Positions 1-12,935 of a stretch of DNA of 64,000 bases are shown in pieces. A model generated the notes under the pieces. The model saw nothing but the letters and a program-made list of their open reading frames with translations. It made no database searches and was not told where the DNA came from. Location: the NCBI RefSeq assembly GCF_009834535.1, contig NC_045697.1:34722001-34786000 (forward strand), given 5' to 3'. Each line of letters begins with the position of its first letter. Position 1 is the first letter of the stretch. Made by a program: the position numbers and the translations under genes. Source of the DNA: Camelus ferus (Eukaryota).

Positions 1-521
1 TCCCCTCAACGTTTGCCTGCCTCACCCATCAGGTCTCAGCTTGGATGTCACTAGACAACATTAATGACTAACTCAGCCCCCACCCCACCACACACACAGA
101 CACATAGGTGCACACAGACACACACACTGCCCTCCCCGCACAGCACCTACTCATATATACCATCACCACCTGTCTGCTACAGAAGCCCCCACTAAGCTGT
201 TGGAGGGCTGGGTCTGTGTCTACTTTGCTCACTACAGTATCCTTAGTGCCTAGTGTAGCACAATGTAATTGTCTGTTGAATGTTGCTAAAGTTCCTACCG
301 CTATTCTGAACAAATATATATGGAAAACAACGTGGAAAACTACTAGAGATGAATATAAAAATGTCATAGACTTTAGAAATCAAGTTCAGATTTTATTTTT
401 TAATGCTGAAATGCAGCTTATTGTTTGAAAATTAGGAATCCATACAAACTATATAGGAACTTCATACAAAAACTCTGAATTTAAAAAAAAAAAAAAGGAG
501 CGAGAGAGTGGGTTTACTTAC

Positions 522-601
522 CCTCCAAACTTTGTATAAAGGGAGACTGTGTACATGCCTGGATGACTGGAATCCCTTACCATAAAGCCACCTTCTTTAT
601 C
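522..601 (-). CDS. TEC: TEC exon 10 (80 nt, phase 0-2), SH2: DKEGGFMVRDSSHPGMYTVSLYTKFGG
   Basis: FMVRDS is the FLVRES-type phosphotyrosine-binding motif. Acceptor ttttag, donor GG|gtaagt. Confidence 0.97.
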
Positions 602-2304
602 CTAAAATCCAAGTTAAGAAAAAAATTTTCAGTCCAATAGCAAATATCAACGCCATGGAGAAGATTCAAGAACCCACTCTTATGATTTTATGATTATAAT
701 CCTTTGCCCAGAAAATCTGCTTTGGAGAAGCACACCTTACCAATAGGTAAGTCATCCATGTGACTTTCTCCCATCAACACGACTTTCCCTTCACATTACT
801 GGGCATGAGATTGGTTAAAGGTAGCACACTCGTAGTTCCCCACCACCACAAACACTCGTGTGAGACATTTCAACAAGATAATCTCTCAAGGCCCTTCCAG
901 AACTAACAGACAAGATTTTGCAATTCCTTTAAGTCCTCGACATGTGGGGAAATAGTTACTGAAAAACTGTATTTCTTAATGGCTGGGTTTCATTTCATAC
1001 ATTTTTCATATTTGCTGTAGGCTCTGAATCCTGACTCGATAGCATCTTCCATCCATATAGCTTTCTTTCTGTAAATACCTCAGTGCTCTTTACAAGAACG
1101 TCAAAAAAAAATCCTTAATTCCCTGGAAATCAATGTTAAATACCACTCTTTACAAAAGGAGAGATGGAGGCACAGCAACTTCAGCAGAGAAGACCGAAAG
1201 ACAGCAGCAGCAACACTGAATGACCAAAAGATAAATCTTCATTGGGCTGCAAGCCAACGAGCAAGAAACAGGGGCTAGGAACCTCAAGTGCCTCTCCATC
1301 AACACCACACAATCAATCTCTAGCACTGAAATTGCTTTAAAATGAAAGCGTGCTTAACAGACGAAAATAAGCTTCCTTCTTATTCCTGGCGAAGACAATG
1401 GGATCGAATAAAGCCCCACAAATAAATCTGTTAAGAACAATGAGGGACAATGATCATAACAGTTAACTGATCAGAAAAAAATATAACAGCTACACAGATT
1501 TATTGAAACTGAATCCGTTTTATTATGTTCTAATGTGTGGGATTTACTCAACCCTCAAAACTGTCCTATGAGGTCAGTACTAGTGTCATCCCCGCTTTAC
1601 ATTACACATAAGGAAATAGGACACAGAAAGGTTGGGAATTTGCCCCAGGTCAAATGCTAGCAAGTAGCACAGCCAGGATTTGGACCCCAGGCCTTCCAGC
1701 TACCCATTCCCCTGGAGCTGCCTCTCATTGTGCAGTCACCAGGGAGGCACGTGTGTTGGGGGGAGACGGGAGGACCATGTCATTCAAATCAAGCAAAGTC
1801 ACCTGCTACTGCTCTCTTAACATGAACTACAGAAATAAGTGCCCAACCTCGACTCGGGGTAACAAGCAGGAGATTCACAGAGTGAGCATGGGTTTAAAAG
1901 ACCGGGAACTAAACAGAAGAGCTAGATCACAAATGCAGGGAACTGTACACGTCTTCTAATCCAAACTCCTTGTCTCACAGATGTGGAGAGCAGGCTAGAG
2001 AAGTCAGGGCTACACTCAGGTGGGTCTCCTCACCCAGTCCACGAAGTTACCTCTACACTAGATTTCTTCCTTTGATTTTGTTTCTTTCTAAAGTATAACA
2101 ATTTTAGCACATTTCCTCCTAAAGGCAACTACATATTCTGTTAAAACTTCATTTATAAAAGATAGCATGGAATATTGGTGTAAATTATTTTAAAACAACT
2201 TCAAGCAAAAAGGAAAGACACATTTACGTACTAAAATCAAGGCTGCAAATGATAAATCAGTAAGAAGGAGAGTAAAGAAAATGTTACCCATGTACAGCTA
2301 TTAC

Positions 2305-2622
2305 CGTTATGGGTTTGCTTCCCCCTCAAAAAAGATATGCTGGGGCCCTAACCCCAGTGAAAAAGAAGTCACAGAGTGGGCCCTAGTCCATTATGACTGG
2401 AGTCCTTATAAAAGGGAAATTTGGACACATGGCCAGACGTGCATAGAGGGAAGAAACACAGGGAAGACAGGATCCTCCCCTCACCACCCCCAGAAGGAGA
2501 GAAGTCCACTGCCATCTAGACTTCAGACATCTAACCTCTAGATCTGTGACACAATAAATTTCTGTTGTTTAAACGGCTCGGTTTACAGGACTTTGTCACA
2601 GCAGCCCCAGGAAACTAGTACA
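2305..2622 (+). mobile_element. MaLR solo LTR (MLT1A/B-like)
   Basis: Typical MLT1 motifs: gactggagtccttataaaagggaaatttggacac, aataaatttctgttgtttaa and the terminal gcagccccaggaaactagtaca. Confidence 0.85.
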
Positions 2623-2780
2623 CCAGTCTTCACTTTTAAATGATTTTTAAAAACCCCAAACCCTGTACTTATAATATTTTTTAGGCTTTAGAAACAGAGG
2701 TATGTGGAATTACTAATCCGGGATGCGTTACAATTAATCTGCGCTGAAACCAAACCCACAAAACAAGTACAGACACTCAC

Positions 2781-2835
2781 TTCACTTCTGAGGAGTTGCT
2801 CTGCTTTGCTTCTGTTCGTATTTCTGCAGTACCAC
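2781..2835 (-). CDS. TEC: TEC exon 9 (55 nt, phase 2-0), start of SH2: WYCRNTNRSKAEQLLRSE
   Basis: SH2 N-terminal WY...R..AE.LL motif. Acceptor cttcag, donor GAA|gtgagt. Confidence 0.97.
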
Positions 2836-5800
2836 CTGAAGAGAAAAGATATGTGTAAGGCCTTGGGTTTTAAAAATTATTCTTTACTCTTTTTGGAATT
2901 AGCCAGGTAATACTGCTCATCAAAAACAAACACGGTAAGTAAGGATAAGACATCATTCATAATCTCAGTGACATAAACCACCACTAGTAGCATTTGGATG
3001 TCCACACTTGCGGACGTTTTCCATCCATATTTTTATGAAGACACATACACACCAACATTCTTACTTTTTTGTTAAAGTGGAATCAAACTATACTGGCTAG
3101 ATCAGAACCTGAATTTTTCATGTAACAGTATATGACAGACATCTTGGCAAAGCAATATAGTTCTGTGCATCATGGTCTGGATGTGCCACAATTTATTTAA
3201 GCAATTCTTTATTATTTAACACAAAAATCGTATTACCGTAACAGCAAGAATGAATTTTACTCCATAGACTCAAATACGCAGGAAGTGTTATTTTATATTA
3301 TTGTCTTTCATTCAAATTAAATCTAATCCCAAGCCCCCACCCCACCAACAGGCAGGAGATTCCGTATCACATCGTTACTAAGGCCCCCCCACTGAATTTC
3401 ACAAAGGTCTCAAGTGTCGAAAGAAACAGAAGCAAAACAGAAGAGCTGACTTCCTGCGTCTTCCAGACTTACTGGTTCTAACACAGCCCTAACCCCCACC
3501 CCCAGCAGTCATCCAAAACTCTACTGTGGGAATCCCACCAGGACCAAGCAGTGGTACCTGTCCTCCACCAGGTCCTGCCACCACTATGTACCACCACCCC
3601 AAGCCCCTGCATATGGTGTCCCTTCTTAACCCTTGGGAAATCTTTCCCAGGGAGAGAGATGCTGCCCTCTCCCACCTCAGAGGCTCTGCCCTCTCCCTGC
3701 TTCCCAGAGCATACTCTCTCCATGGGTTATAAGCCAGCAGGCCAAAGAACATGAACTCAGACTGTTTCCTTTGGCCTTCAGCTTTGAACTTGGACCCAGT
3801 TGTTTTGTTTGTTTGCTTTCGATGGCCTTTAGCGGACAGAGAACCCTCCACCACAGTCATAATTCCTGAGGCTTCCAATGAAGCCTTTATGAAACCAGCT
3901 GGCCCCTCTAAACATATGAATTTTCCAGCACTGTTTCAGCCTTTTATGAAAGAACCAGCACCTGCTTTGGGCCCAGCAAACACCCTGAGACAAGGGAACA
4001 TAAAGGCCTTCCCTGATCGAGGAAGGCAAAAATACAAAGAACAAAATACAAGTTATTTTTTGGCCTGGATTCTTTTATGCAGTTGTAGTGGCCCAAACTC
4101 AATCCAAACCGACAACTATTATTTTATTTGGAGCCTGAAGTGATTCACCAGGCCTCAAAATTGTGAGTATCGAAATGTCATCGCTGTGGACCCCACTTTC
4201 TGCACTGAGACCAAATTCAACAAAACTGCAGTTCTGATCAATTTCTGAATGCAATTGAGAAATGTGACAAGTGAGGAGAACAGAGTGGATTCTGTCCCAA
4301 AAACATTTCTGTTGATACAAGAAGTATTTGTCAGGACACCAAAACAGTCATAAAAATTAATTAAAGAAAGGCAACTGGAGCCCTCATTATGTATTATGAA
4401 CCAGCAGGGCCTGAAAGATTGAAAAAAAAGTTCTCAGTATTAATTACAGGAGTGCCAACTCCACACGCTCACAGCGAGGGTAAGCATTGGAGGTTTCGTC
4501 CCATATTCAGACGCAAGAAATCAGTGACCTAAATTGTGGCTTTCAAGAGGAAATCAGATATAAGACACCCAGAAGTAAAAAGAGGTCCTTCCCTCATCTC
4601 TGCTGTATTCAAGCTCCTGGGAAGGGGTGAAGGAAACAAGAAAAGGAACCTACGGCACAAAGGGCAGGCTCTGTGAAAAGAACCTCTGCTCCGATGGGTC
4701 CTTTTTATGGTATTTGTAGGTTCCCCGATGCTTTTCCTCCACAGGATATACACTCAGACCCTAAAGGATCTGTTGACGGAAGGAAAGCAGGAAGGCGTGA
4801 TGAACAAATCGAGAGATGAATAAACGCGTGGTGCGTACGTCCTAATGGTTCTGCGCAGCCTCTCTCCCTCTTCTAAGACACCCACTGCCAGGCATTCAGG
4901 GGAAAGACAAGAGCGGCTCTGCTGAGTCGTCTCGTTGGGAAGAACCACACCCCCAGGCAGAACGGGAAGGAGCCCACGTGGTGGGCAGAGGGGAGATGCC
5001 GCCCAGATGCCAGCCCGCGTGCGTCTCTCACGGGCGCATCACAGAAACACCTGTTGGAGGCTAGTTAGCGCCTTTTGAGGAAGGAACAACAGGCCTCTAG
5101 ATAGACTGCCTAGGACTCGTAAGTAACTTGTCATTCTTTTCTTAGATATCAAAACCCTACTGTGAAGGGGGTTATCAGATTGGCTGTCTCTGCAAACACT
5201 TGAAGGAACAGGGCTTCACAGTGTGTCTGAAGAGAGGGAAGAGGGAGATTTGGGGACCCTTAGTCCTTTCTGGAAAGGATGGATCTGGGCCAGGCTTCTA
5301 GGGAGGCTGGGTTGGGTAAACCATAAAAAGAAGAAATAGGTATAAAAGAATGAACAATAGAAAACCAACCAACAAGCTGTAAGTCTTTTGTCGGTTCTCA
5401 GTCTGGCCCTTGTCCCCTGATCACCCACTCCAAGCCTGATCCTGGACTTTCCCTGTTCTAAGGGCCCTTTCCCTCCCATCACCTGCCTCCTTTACCATGT
5501 TTCCATCAGAACCTCTTGCTGACTACCACGATGCGCCCACTTTCTTTCCTGCAGCACTTCCTCTGGTCCTCTCCTCCCCAAACTGGGACCTGGGTGCGGA
5601 GGTCAGAACTAGCTTTCCTACAGCCCTAGGAGCGACAGGCCAGCAGCCCTGAGTCCTGCCCCAGGGGACAGTCACTGCCTGGGGCTCCTCCTAGGCCCAA
5701 ATGAACAGGAGAAGGGCTCTGGATTTAGCAGCTGGCAAAAGCCTTTTTAACCCTGGTGACATTTAAGACATGTTAGAAGATGAACTTCAACAAAAGCCAA

Positions 5801-6197
5801 CACAAACCACGGAGTGGGAAGACAGCAGGAGAAGACGTGGACTCTGTGAACACGGAGAACAGGTTTTTTCCTTTCTCATCTGGCCAGGCCTGGCTCAATG
5901 CCACATGGAATCCCCACCCCTGGGCAGATGACTGAGGGGACTCTCACAGCACATTCACTTAGCCACACAGAGCTAGAGTCGTGCACATAAAACATGCATG
6001 GCAATGAATCAGAAACTTCCCAAAACCCTAATCTGTAATCCCATGAGTCATAAGGGGAATTCTCACACTTAAATAAGGATTATTTGGTTTTCGAGCACAC
6101 TCCCTCCTCAAATTACCAGTTAGCTCTCAGTCCCAAGTTTTCATCTTTCAGCGTCTTCCCTAATTCTGAGGATTTGCTATAGTTTTCTAAAAAAAAA

Positions 6198-6281
6198 TTT
6201 TTTTAACTGAGTTACTGGCGACTGAGCCCAGGACCTCAGGCACGCTAAGCACACAGTCTACCACTGAGCTATGCCCTCCCC
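6198..6281 (-). mobile_element. tRNA-derived SINE (Vic-1-like, camelid)
   Basis: The reverse complement reads GGGGAGGGCATAGCTCAGTGGTAGACTGTGTGCTTAGCGTGCCTGAGGTCCTGGGCTCAGTC followed by an A-rich tail, with A-box and B-box remnants. Confidence 0.8.
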
Positions 6282-6828
6282 ACTCTGTTTGTAGTTATTT
6301 AAGGAATCTCCATACAGTTTTCCATAGTTGTATCTTCTTGAAACTTATTTAAGAACAGAAATACTGTTTTATTTATGGGTTTTATACCCTCACCTACTTC
6401 TAAAACAGCTTTGCGGGGTCACACCACTGGTGCTATGACTTTTGCATCTCTTCATCCTTCTCTGAGGCTCACATGACAGGAAGTGACATGGACAGAGGAA
6501 ACAGCTTTGCGTTGGTAGTGGTGGTAATGGTGTTGTTTTTAAAGAAGTGAATGAAGCATTAATGCCTCACCTCAGAATGACCACAAAAGAGTATTTGGTA
6601 TATATAAGCCTCTCACTCAAACCTGGCCATGCTCTGCTAGGAGGCATATAAATGGTAGCCCATTGCTCTCTCTGAGAAGTAACTTGACAGCATGCATTAG
6701 GGTCTGAAGAAGTTCATGTTAGCCTTTATCCCAGTACATTGATTTTTACAGACCCAGTTTAAGACGGTAAGCAGGACAAGGTATCCTAGTATTTTTATAC
6801 AGCCAAGATGCTTAAACAACATAATGCA

Positions 6829-6984
6829 GGGGGGAGGGTATAGCCCAGTGTGTGCCTAGCATGCACAAGGTCCTGGGTTCAATCCTCAGTACCTCCATTA
6901 AAAATAAGCAAATAAAAACCCAATTACCTCACCCCTCCAAAAAAAAAATAATAAACAAATAAATTTAAAAGAAATTTTTTTTAA
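6829..6984 (+). mobile_element. tRNA-derived SINE (Vic-1-like, camelid) with a 14-bp TSD
   Basis: GGGGAGGGTATAGCCCAGTG...GGTCCTGGGTTCAATCC head and an A-rich tail. TSD aaacaacataatgc (6814-6827) / aaacaacatagtgc (6985-6998). Confidence 0.88.
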
Positions 6985-7772
6985 AAACAACATAGTGCCA
7001 CACAAATAAGGAAGTGATTATATAAATTATTGCACATCCACGCACCAGATGCCTGATTGTGCCCCCTATGGCCTAGCACACTGCCGGATACATGCTAAAG
7101 TCTCAGATTGATATCCGAAGAATTTACGACTGAATGAAATATAATGCAGTTATGAAAGTGTTTTCAAAGAATATTTAATGGCATGAGGAAATACTCAACA
7201 CTCATAATATGCTGTCAAGTAAATTAAACAGGATCTAAAACAGTATATACAGCATGATTCTGGTTTTTTTGAATAGTAAAAAGACTGAAAGAAAATACAT
7301 CAATTTGTTGACAGAGGTCAATTCTAGTAGGTTTATGAGTAATTTTTCTTATTAACATTTTTCATATTTTCAAACAATTTTAAAACAATAATCACATGCT
7401 GTCATTATAATTAGAAAGAAGAAGCAATTAAACCTTTTTTAAAGGCCACTCTGGGAAGCTGTATTTTGATTTCTTAAATGAATAAACAATCATCCACATT
7501 TAAAGTTGGCTAAGCTGTGATTTGTTTAAAATCCATTCAGCTGTATTTGCTTCTGTAACTCCATTCACACACAGTACCTTCAGGTACAGAGTATTATAGA
7601 AACCAACTCTCACCACGTTTTTAACCTCTCTAGACAATTGAGTGAAGGATAAGTTAGTACCACCTTCTAAGGACGATGGAAGATGACCATTAATCTCCAA
7701 AATGCCCGACATAATTAGGAAAATAAAAACACTTTCTGGATCTCCACATCCACAAAATAACGTTTTACTTAC

Positions 7773-7838
7773 TCATAGTGATCTAAGTTGTTTGACTTCT
7801 TTCCTGTTACGTAATTACTTGGGATATATCCTTCCCTC
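7773..7838 (-). CDS. TEC: TEC exon 8 (66 nt, phase 2-2), SH3 C-terminal part: REGYIPSNYVTGKKSNNLDHYE
   Basis: SH3 motif GYIPSNYV. Acceptor tttctag, donor GA|gtaagt. Confidence 0.97.
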
Positions 7839-8310
7839 CTAGAAATAAGAAAAATACTTCAGAAAAACTGAAATTATTTTACTGACAGATTATTAAAAGA
7901 AAAATTATTCCCTTTCTGAAATAATTAAAGTATAATATTGACTAAAGTCTATAAGGAAGTCTAGGTGACTCCCAATAATCCAACAGATCTATAGCATTTG
8001 ATGCTTTTCAAAGGAGTTCCTCATTTGATCCTCACAAAAATCCTGAGGTAGCAGGCACTCCTGTAACCACTTTCTGGTGGGGAAACCAGGACTTAGAAAG
8101 GATTAAGGGACTTTCTCAAAGTCCCAAAGCCAGACAGCAACAGGGCCAGAACCTGAACTCTGAACTTGTGACTAGGTTCAGAGTCCTCCCTAATATTCCA
8201 TGATGCTTCTCTTGAATTCATAATTTCTTGGGATGTTTTAAAGAAACCACTACTTCAGAAAAGGTGAAGTGTTGGGTAGAAACACCCATCACTCCAATAC
8301 TTAGTCTGTG

Positions 8311-8494
8311 CAGTGCGTTGTTTCACGGCGGGTGACCCGTGACCTCTACAGCAGTGTCATCGGGGGCACTTGTCAAAAAGTCAACTCCTGGGTCCTACCC
8401 CAAGGGAGCTAACTGAGAAGGCCTGTGGGGGGCCGAGGAATCTTGTATTTCACCCCAGGTGACTCCTAAGCACATCACAGTTTAAGAAGCAATC
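8311..8494. mobile_element. MER5-like hAT-Charlie MITE
   Basis: ~185 bp with a cagtg start and the MER5-type end ccaggtgactcctaagcaca...agtttaagaagcaat. Confidence 0.6.
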
Positions 8495-8879
8495 TCAGTA
8501 GGTAGAATCTTGGTTGGCGCGAAGACTTTCAGCATAAAAGAGATACATGTATAAAATTTCTAAGTTGAGTAAAAGCCTTGTAATATTAAATCTGAACTAT
8601 TACTAAGAACTCATAACACACACACAAGTGCACGTACGTGGCTCTGCTGCCCTGAGAAAGGCCTAGAATCAACGACAACCCAGCAGCAGCTAGAAGCCCA
8701 GCACCCCGAGTGCTGTCTTCAAATACTACCCCGGCTGAAAGGGGCCAGCACTCCCTGGGGAAGCGGCACATCACAGGTCTGGCCGGGAAACTACAGGGTG
8801 ACCTTGAGCCATTTCATTTTATTCAGGAAACAGGGAAGCTGAGAAAGAAAAACTAAAGGGGTTCCCCAATCAAAAACGG

Positions 8880-10445
8880 CCACCACTGACCTAAGATGTG
8901 ACAATTCAGGCAAAAAGAATAATGACTGCAACAGACTGAAACTGTAACAACACTTAAAACATGATTGGTTACCAATGTTATCAACAGAGGAAGCTCCGTC
9001 ATCAACTTGTGATTCTGAAAAGTGGTAAAGAGGAAGAATCCAAAACTTATCTTGCCTCTCCTGTGTGAACTAAATGAACTGCTTCCTGAGGCGGGGCTTC
9101 TTTAGAGAATTAATAGATGCAGATGGAATGACACAGTTAGAAACTCACCATTCTGTTATCCCTAATGAAATAATGGATCTAAGGAATGGTCATTAGGTGC
9201 AACACTGATGAAGAACTTTATGACAGAGGAATAAGGTTGACACCGGAACCACTGAGCAATCCTGGCATCATTAGAAGTAGGACAACCTGATGCTGGCTTC
9301 TAATGTGATCAAGCCTGCAAATCACAGTTTTTGAGAAATACGGGACACAGTGCCATATTAAATGACACCATGTGCTTCCACACAAGTAGCTTAATCTAGA
9401 CTGTGGCTCATTTCATAGAAGTAAATGACCTGGTTTCATCAATAAATCAAAAACTATAAATTAAAAAAAAAAGGATGAGGACTGTTGTGGAATAACAAAG
9501 GTACATAAGAGATACAGCAGCCAAAATGCAATGTGTGGACCTTAATCTTGATTAAACTTTAAAGATACGTATTTGAGCTAATCGGGGTAACTAGAATTAC
9601 ATAGCTGGTACCACCCTTAGACCTAGGCCAGAGTGGCCCCTGCTCTAAAGTTGTGCTTTCAAGATGCTGAAACCCATGATCCCTCAACCCTCCTCTGGAC
9701 CATCATCTAGGTGACTAGGAGCCCAGAATTCTCTGCCCACTGCCAAGGCCTACCTGGGCCTTTCCACTGGGTTTCAGCCACTGAAAAGCAAATGATGCTG
9801 GTCATGTGCACCCCTCCAGCCCAGGTCCAAGGAGTGGCCAAGCTGGGGGGTGGTTTTTGCAAGCAACATGGACAGAGCTTGGATGTGTGGCCAGGAGAGC
9901 CACACGGTGCATGTGAGATGGAGCCTGGACAGAAGAGGAGAGAGAAGGGAGGCACCCCGGGAAGCCAGCCCTCTGTGCCCTGTCACATTCTGGCAAGGAA
10001 GTCTAATCCACATCTTGCCTTCCTTGTCGTTTTCAAGGTATGTCTGTCAAGTTAGAGGTGAAATTGTACTTATCAGTTTGTTACTTGTTACTTATAACTT
10101 CTAAATATTTAGACATACAATGTCTAGGCTTTCATTTGTACTCTTCTTCTAGTCCCAAAATATCGGGGGGAAGTCAGAGACAATATTTTTTTTAACTATC
10201 ATTAAGCATGATACTAACACAACAGCTATTTTTTAAAAAATCTTTAGCAGTTAGACTTAGGAGGTGAAATGGCATGATGATTTGAATTTACTTTTAAATA
10301 CTCTAGAAAAAACAAACTGGGAGGATTGGATAAATCAAGGCTGGAAAATGTGGGTAATTTCTAAAGTCAAGTGACAAGAGACTCTATTATACTGCTGTGT
10401 ACTTTCATGGACATTTGAAAATTACTGTAATAAAAAGTTAAAATC
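8880..10445 (+). mobile_element. Old L1MC-like 3' fragment interrupted by a DNA transposon
   Basis: L1MC-type motifs gcaatgtgtggacctt before the insertion and tttgaaaattactgtaataaaaagttaaaa after it. Confidence 0.55.
9605..10177 (-). mobile_element. MER115/Zaphod-like hAT-Tip100 DNA transposon
   Basis: The reverse complement near 10000-10170 reads aagagtacaaatgaaagcc...tatgtctaaatatttagaagttataag, matching the recalled MER115 5' end. Confidence 0.65.
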
Positions 10446-11372
10446 AATCTTCTACAGTGTTGGGCAAAAAAAAAACAAAAACAAAAACAAAAACAAAACA
10501 AACAAACAAACAAAAACAGTGATGACCTTCTTGTAAACATAGATTAAAAGGGTCCCCAAAAGGTAATACTGCACAGCAAACAAGCACTCAGCAGATCCAC
10601 CACTGCTGAGAAGTGAGCAGAAGACACAGACCCTGCCTGACGCAGAGGCTTCCATTGCTTCTCCAGAACTGACCAGAGGAACACAGAACTGGAGCTGGGG
10701 GTGGGGCAGGAGGTGAGAAAGAAGACTAGCAGGGAGGGTGTGCTCTGAACAGGACAAAGAGTCCTCCTCTTCTTATTCACAGGAACTTCAAATATAAACA
10801 GGATCATATGTCAGAGGTAAGCATGGGATAGAGTTTTCTTAATGAAGCCTTAGATACTCATCCCCTATGTTTATCCACATTTACCCATTATGTACCAATA
10901 AAAAGGTTGAAAGGACTGTTCCCTTTAAATCCTCAATTAGTATGTATAAATAATTCTCATTTTTAAATTTACTGAATGTATGTATTTTAGACTAGACACA
11001 CACACACACACGCACACACACACACACACTCCCTCTCTCTTGGACAAATCTAAGATTACTTATTTACCTGGGGTGGGGGGATGGGAACCTAAAATGTAAT
11101 TTCCCCCAAGATCAAAACAATCCAGTTAAACATACAATGGATGAGAAAAAAAAACATAAAATGGATTGTAATTTCTGGAAAGAAGTGTTTAATCCATTTA
11201 CATTTATTGAGTCACTACTAAGAATACATTGTGTTACTGCAAAGTAATGTGCACTTCATTTTATAGCTGCTGAACTAATCTCATTACATGATAGTTAGAT
11301 TATCCTCTTCTCAACTCAGTATTTAACTCCCAGCCACCCACTGTGTATCGTCCACAGAGAGGGAATACGTAC

Positions 11373-11545
11373 CCGTATTTATCTCTTGCTTTCCACCAAT
11401 GAACATCATTCTTTTCTAATATGATATACTCCTGACCTCTCTCTAATCTGAGATCGTGAGGTTCTGTTGCTTGAAAATCATACATGGCTACAACTATTTC
11501 TTCACTATTATCTTCTTCAGGCGGAATTGGTGGGGGAGGCCTTCG
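11373..11545 (-). CDS. TEC: TEC exon 7 (173 nt, phase 0-2), proline-rich region 2 and SH3 N-terminal part: [58 protein letters not shown]
   Basis: Contained in ORF 11300..11623, with the SH3 motifs AMYDF and WW. Acceptor ttctcag, donor GG|gtacgt. Confidence 0.98.
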
Positions 11546-12447
11546 CTGAGAAAAAGAGATGACGTGTAAAAGTTTAGTCTTCTGTTTGAAACTGGGTGTG
11601 AAGTTCAACACTAAACGATGCACACATCACCACAGAATACAGTCTACCTGAGGCAATCTGGTGAGCACTCCCATGAGTTTGGTGATGACAATGCTACTGG
11701 ACCTCTCACGGGTTTCAGAATATAGGACAAGAGCAAAAGCTGTCTTTAAACACCAAAAGGCATCTGCTCAGTATCAGGGCTAGCTTCCAGGGAGATGCAA
11801 GGGTAACGTGAGTAGAAACCAGGAGGACTAAAGGCAGACCCACCATTTAATAGTCTGCAGCGGGAAAGTGCACTACAGAGTAGTCTCTCATCAGGCCTCC
11901 TCCCACTCCAAGGAATCTGCACTTCTTTGTGCCTACTATGTGCAAGGCACACTCATAGTACCTAGCACACTTTTTGTCATTTATTCTTAATACTGAGCCC
12001 ATGAAGTAGGGTATATAATTCCCATCTTACAACTGAGGAAACAATGGCTTAAGTAACCCACCATATCAGATTCACATTGGATCAAGTCCTGTCTGGGTCC
12101 AGAGTAATGCATTTTCTACCATACTCCACTCTTCCAAGGCATATCATTTAATCACTGAAGTCACTCCTTTGTCACAATACTGTGGTCCTAAGACTGAAAT
12201 ATTCCTTTAAAGACCCACACTTCCTGTGTAATTCTTGAAGCCAAAATTTGGCAAAATGCAAGATGATAAAGAGGGTCCCCAATGATATATAATCCAATTA
12301 AATGATAAAGCTTGACACAAAGAAAAAATCCACTAAGCCACAGTATATCCATTTCTGATATGATCCTTGCAGTGGGGAGCATTACATGAATAATATAAAC
12401 ATACTTGATAAACTGCAAATGCTTCCAAAGGTTAAAAACCACTTTAC

Positions 12448-12494
12448 CTTCTTTATTTCTGGTGCTGGTGTTCGAGGTAGTGCTTTTCTTATAC
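12448..12494 (-). CDS. TEC: TEC exon 6 (47 nt, phase 1-0), proline-rich region 1: SIRKALPRTPAPEIKK
   Basis: Contained in ORF 12382..12615. Acceptor tttcag|GT, donor AAG|gtaaag. Confidence 0.95.
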
Positions 12495-12732
12495 CTGAAA
12501 ATGACAACAACAAAAATAGGTCAAAATTCCATCCACCAATGATTGACACTTTAAAGGAAAAATAAAAATGAAACCATAACAAGAAGCTCACTCTGACTCT
12601 CTCACTGTGGGGCACGTTGCTTGTATTACTATTTTAGAACAGAATTTTAAAATGCAAGCTGGTTTGTCCTTCTGCCTTCCTAAATTGACTGTAAAAGCCA
12701 TAGGGATTAGGAGGACCATGTTTCATGCTTTG

Positions 12733-12903
12733 TAAACAAGTGGGACTACATCAAATAAAAAAACTTCTGCTCAGCAAAGGAAACCATCCACAAATTGAAA
12801 AGGCAGTCTACAGAAGGGGAGAAAATCACTGTAAATCACCTATCTGACAAGGGGTTAATATTCAAAGTATACAAGGAACTCATATAACTCAGTAGCAAAA
12901 AAA

Positions 12904-12935
<32 letters not shown>

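Noticed and set aside
6829..6900. tRNA gene
   Set aside because: The D-arm region is deleted, there is no acceptor stem pairing, and it has an A-rich tail with a TSD, so it is a SINE.
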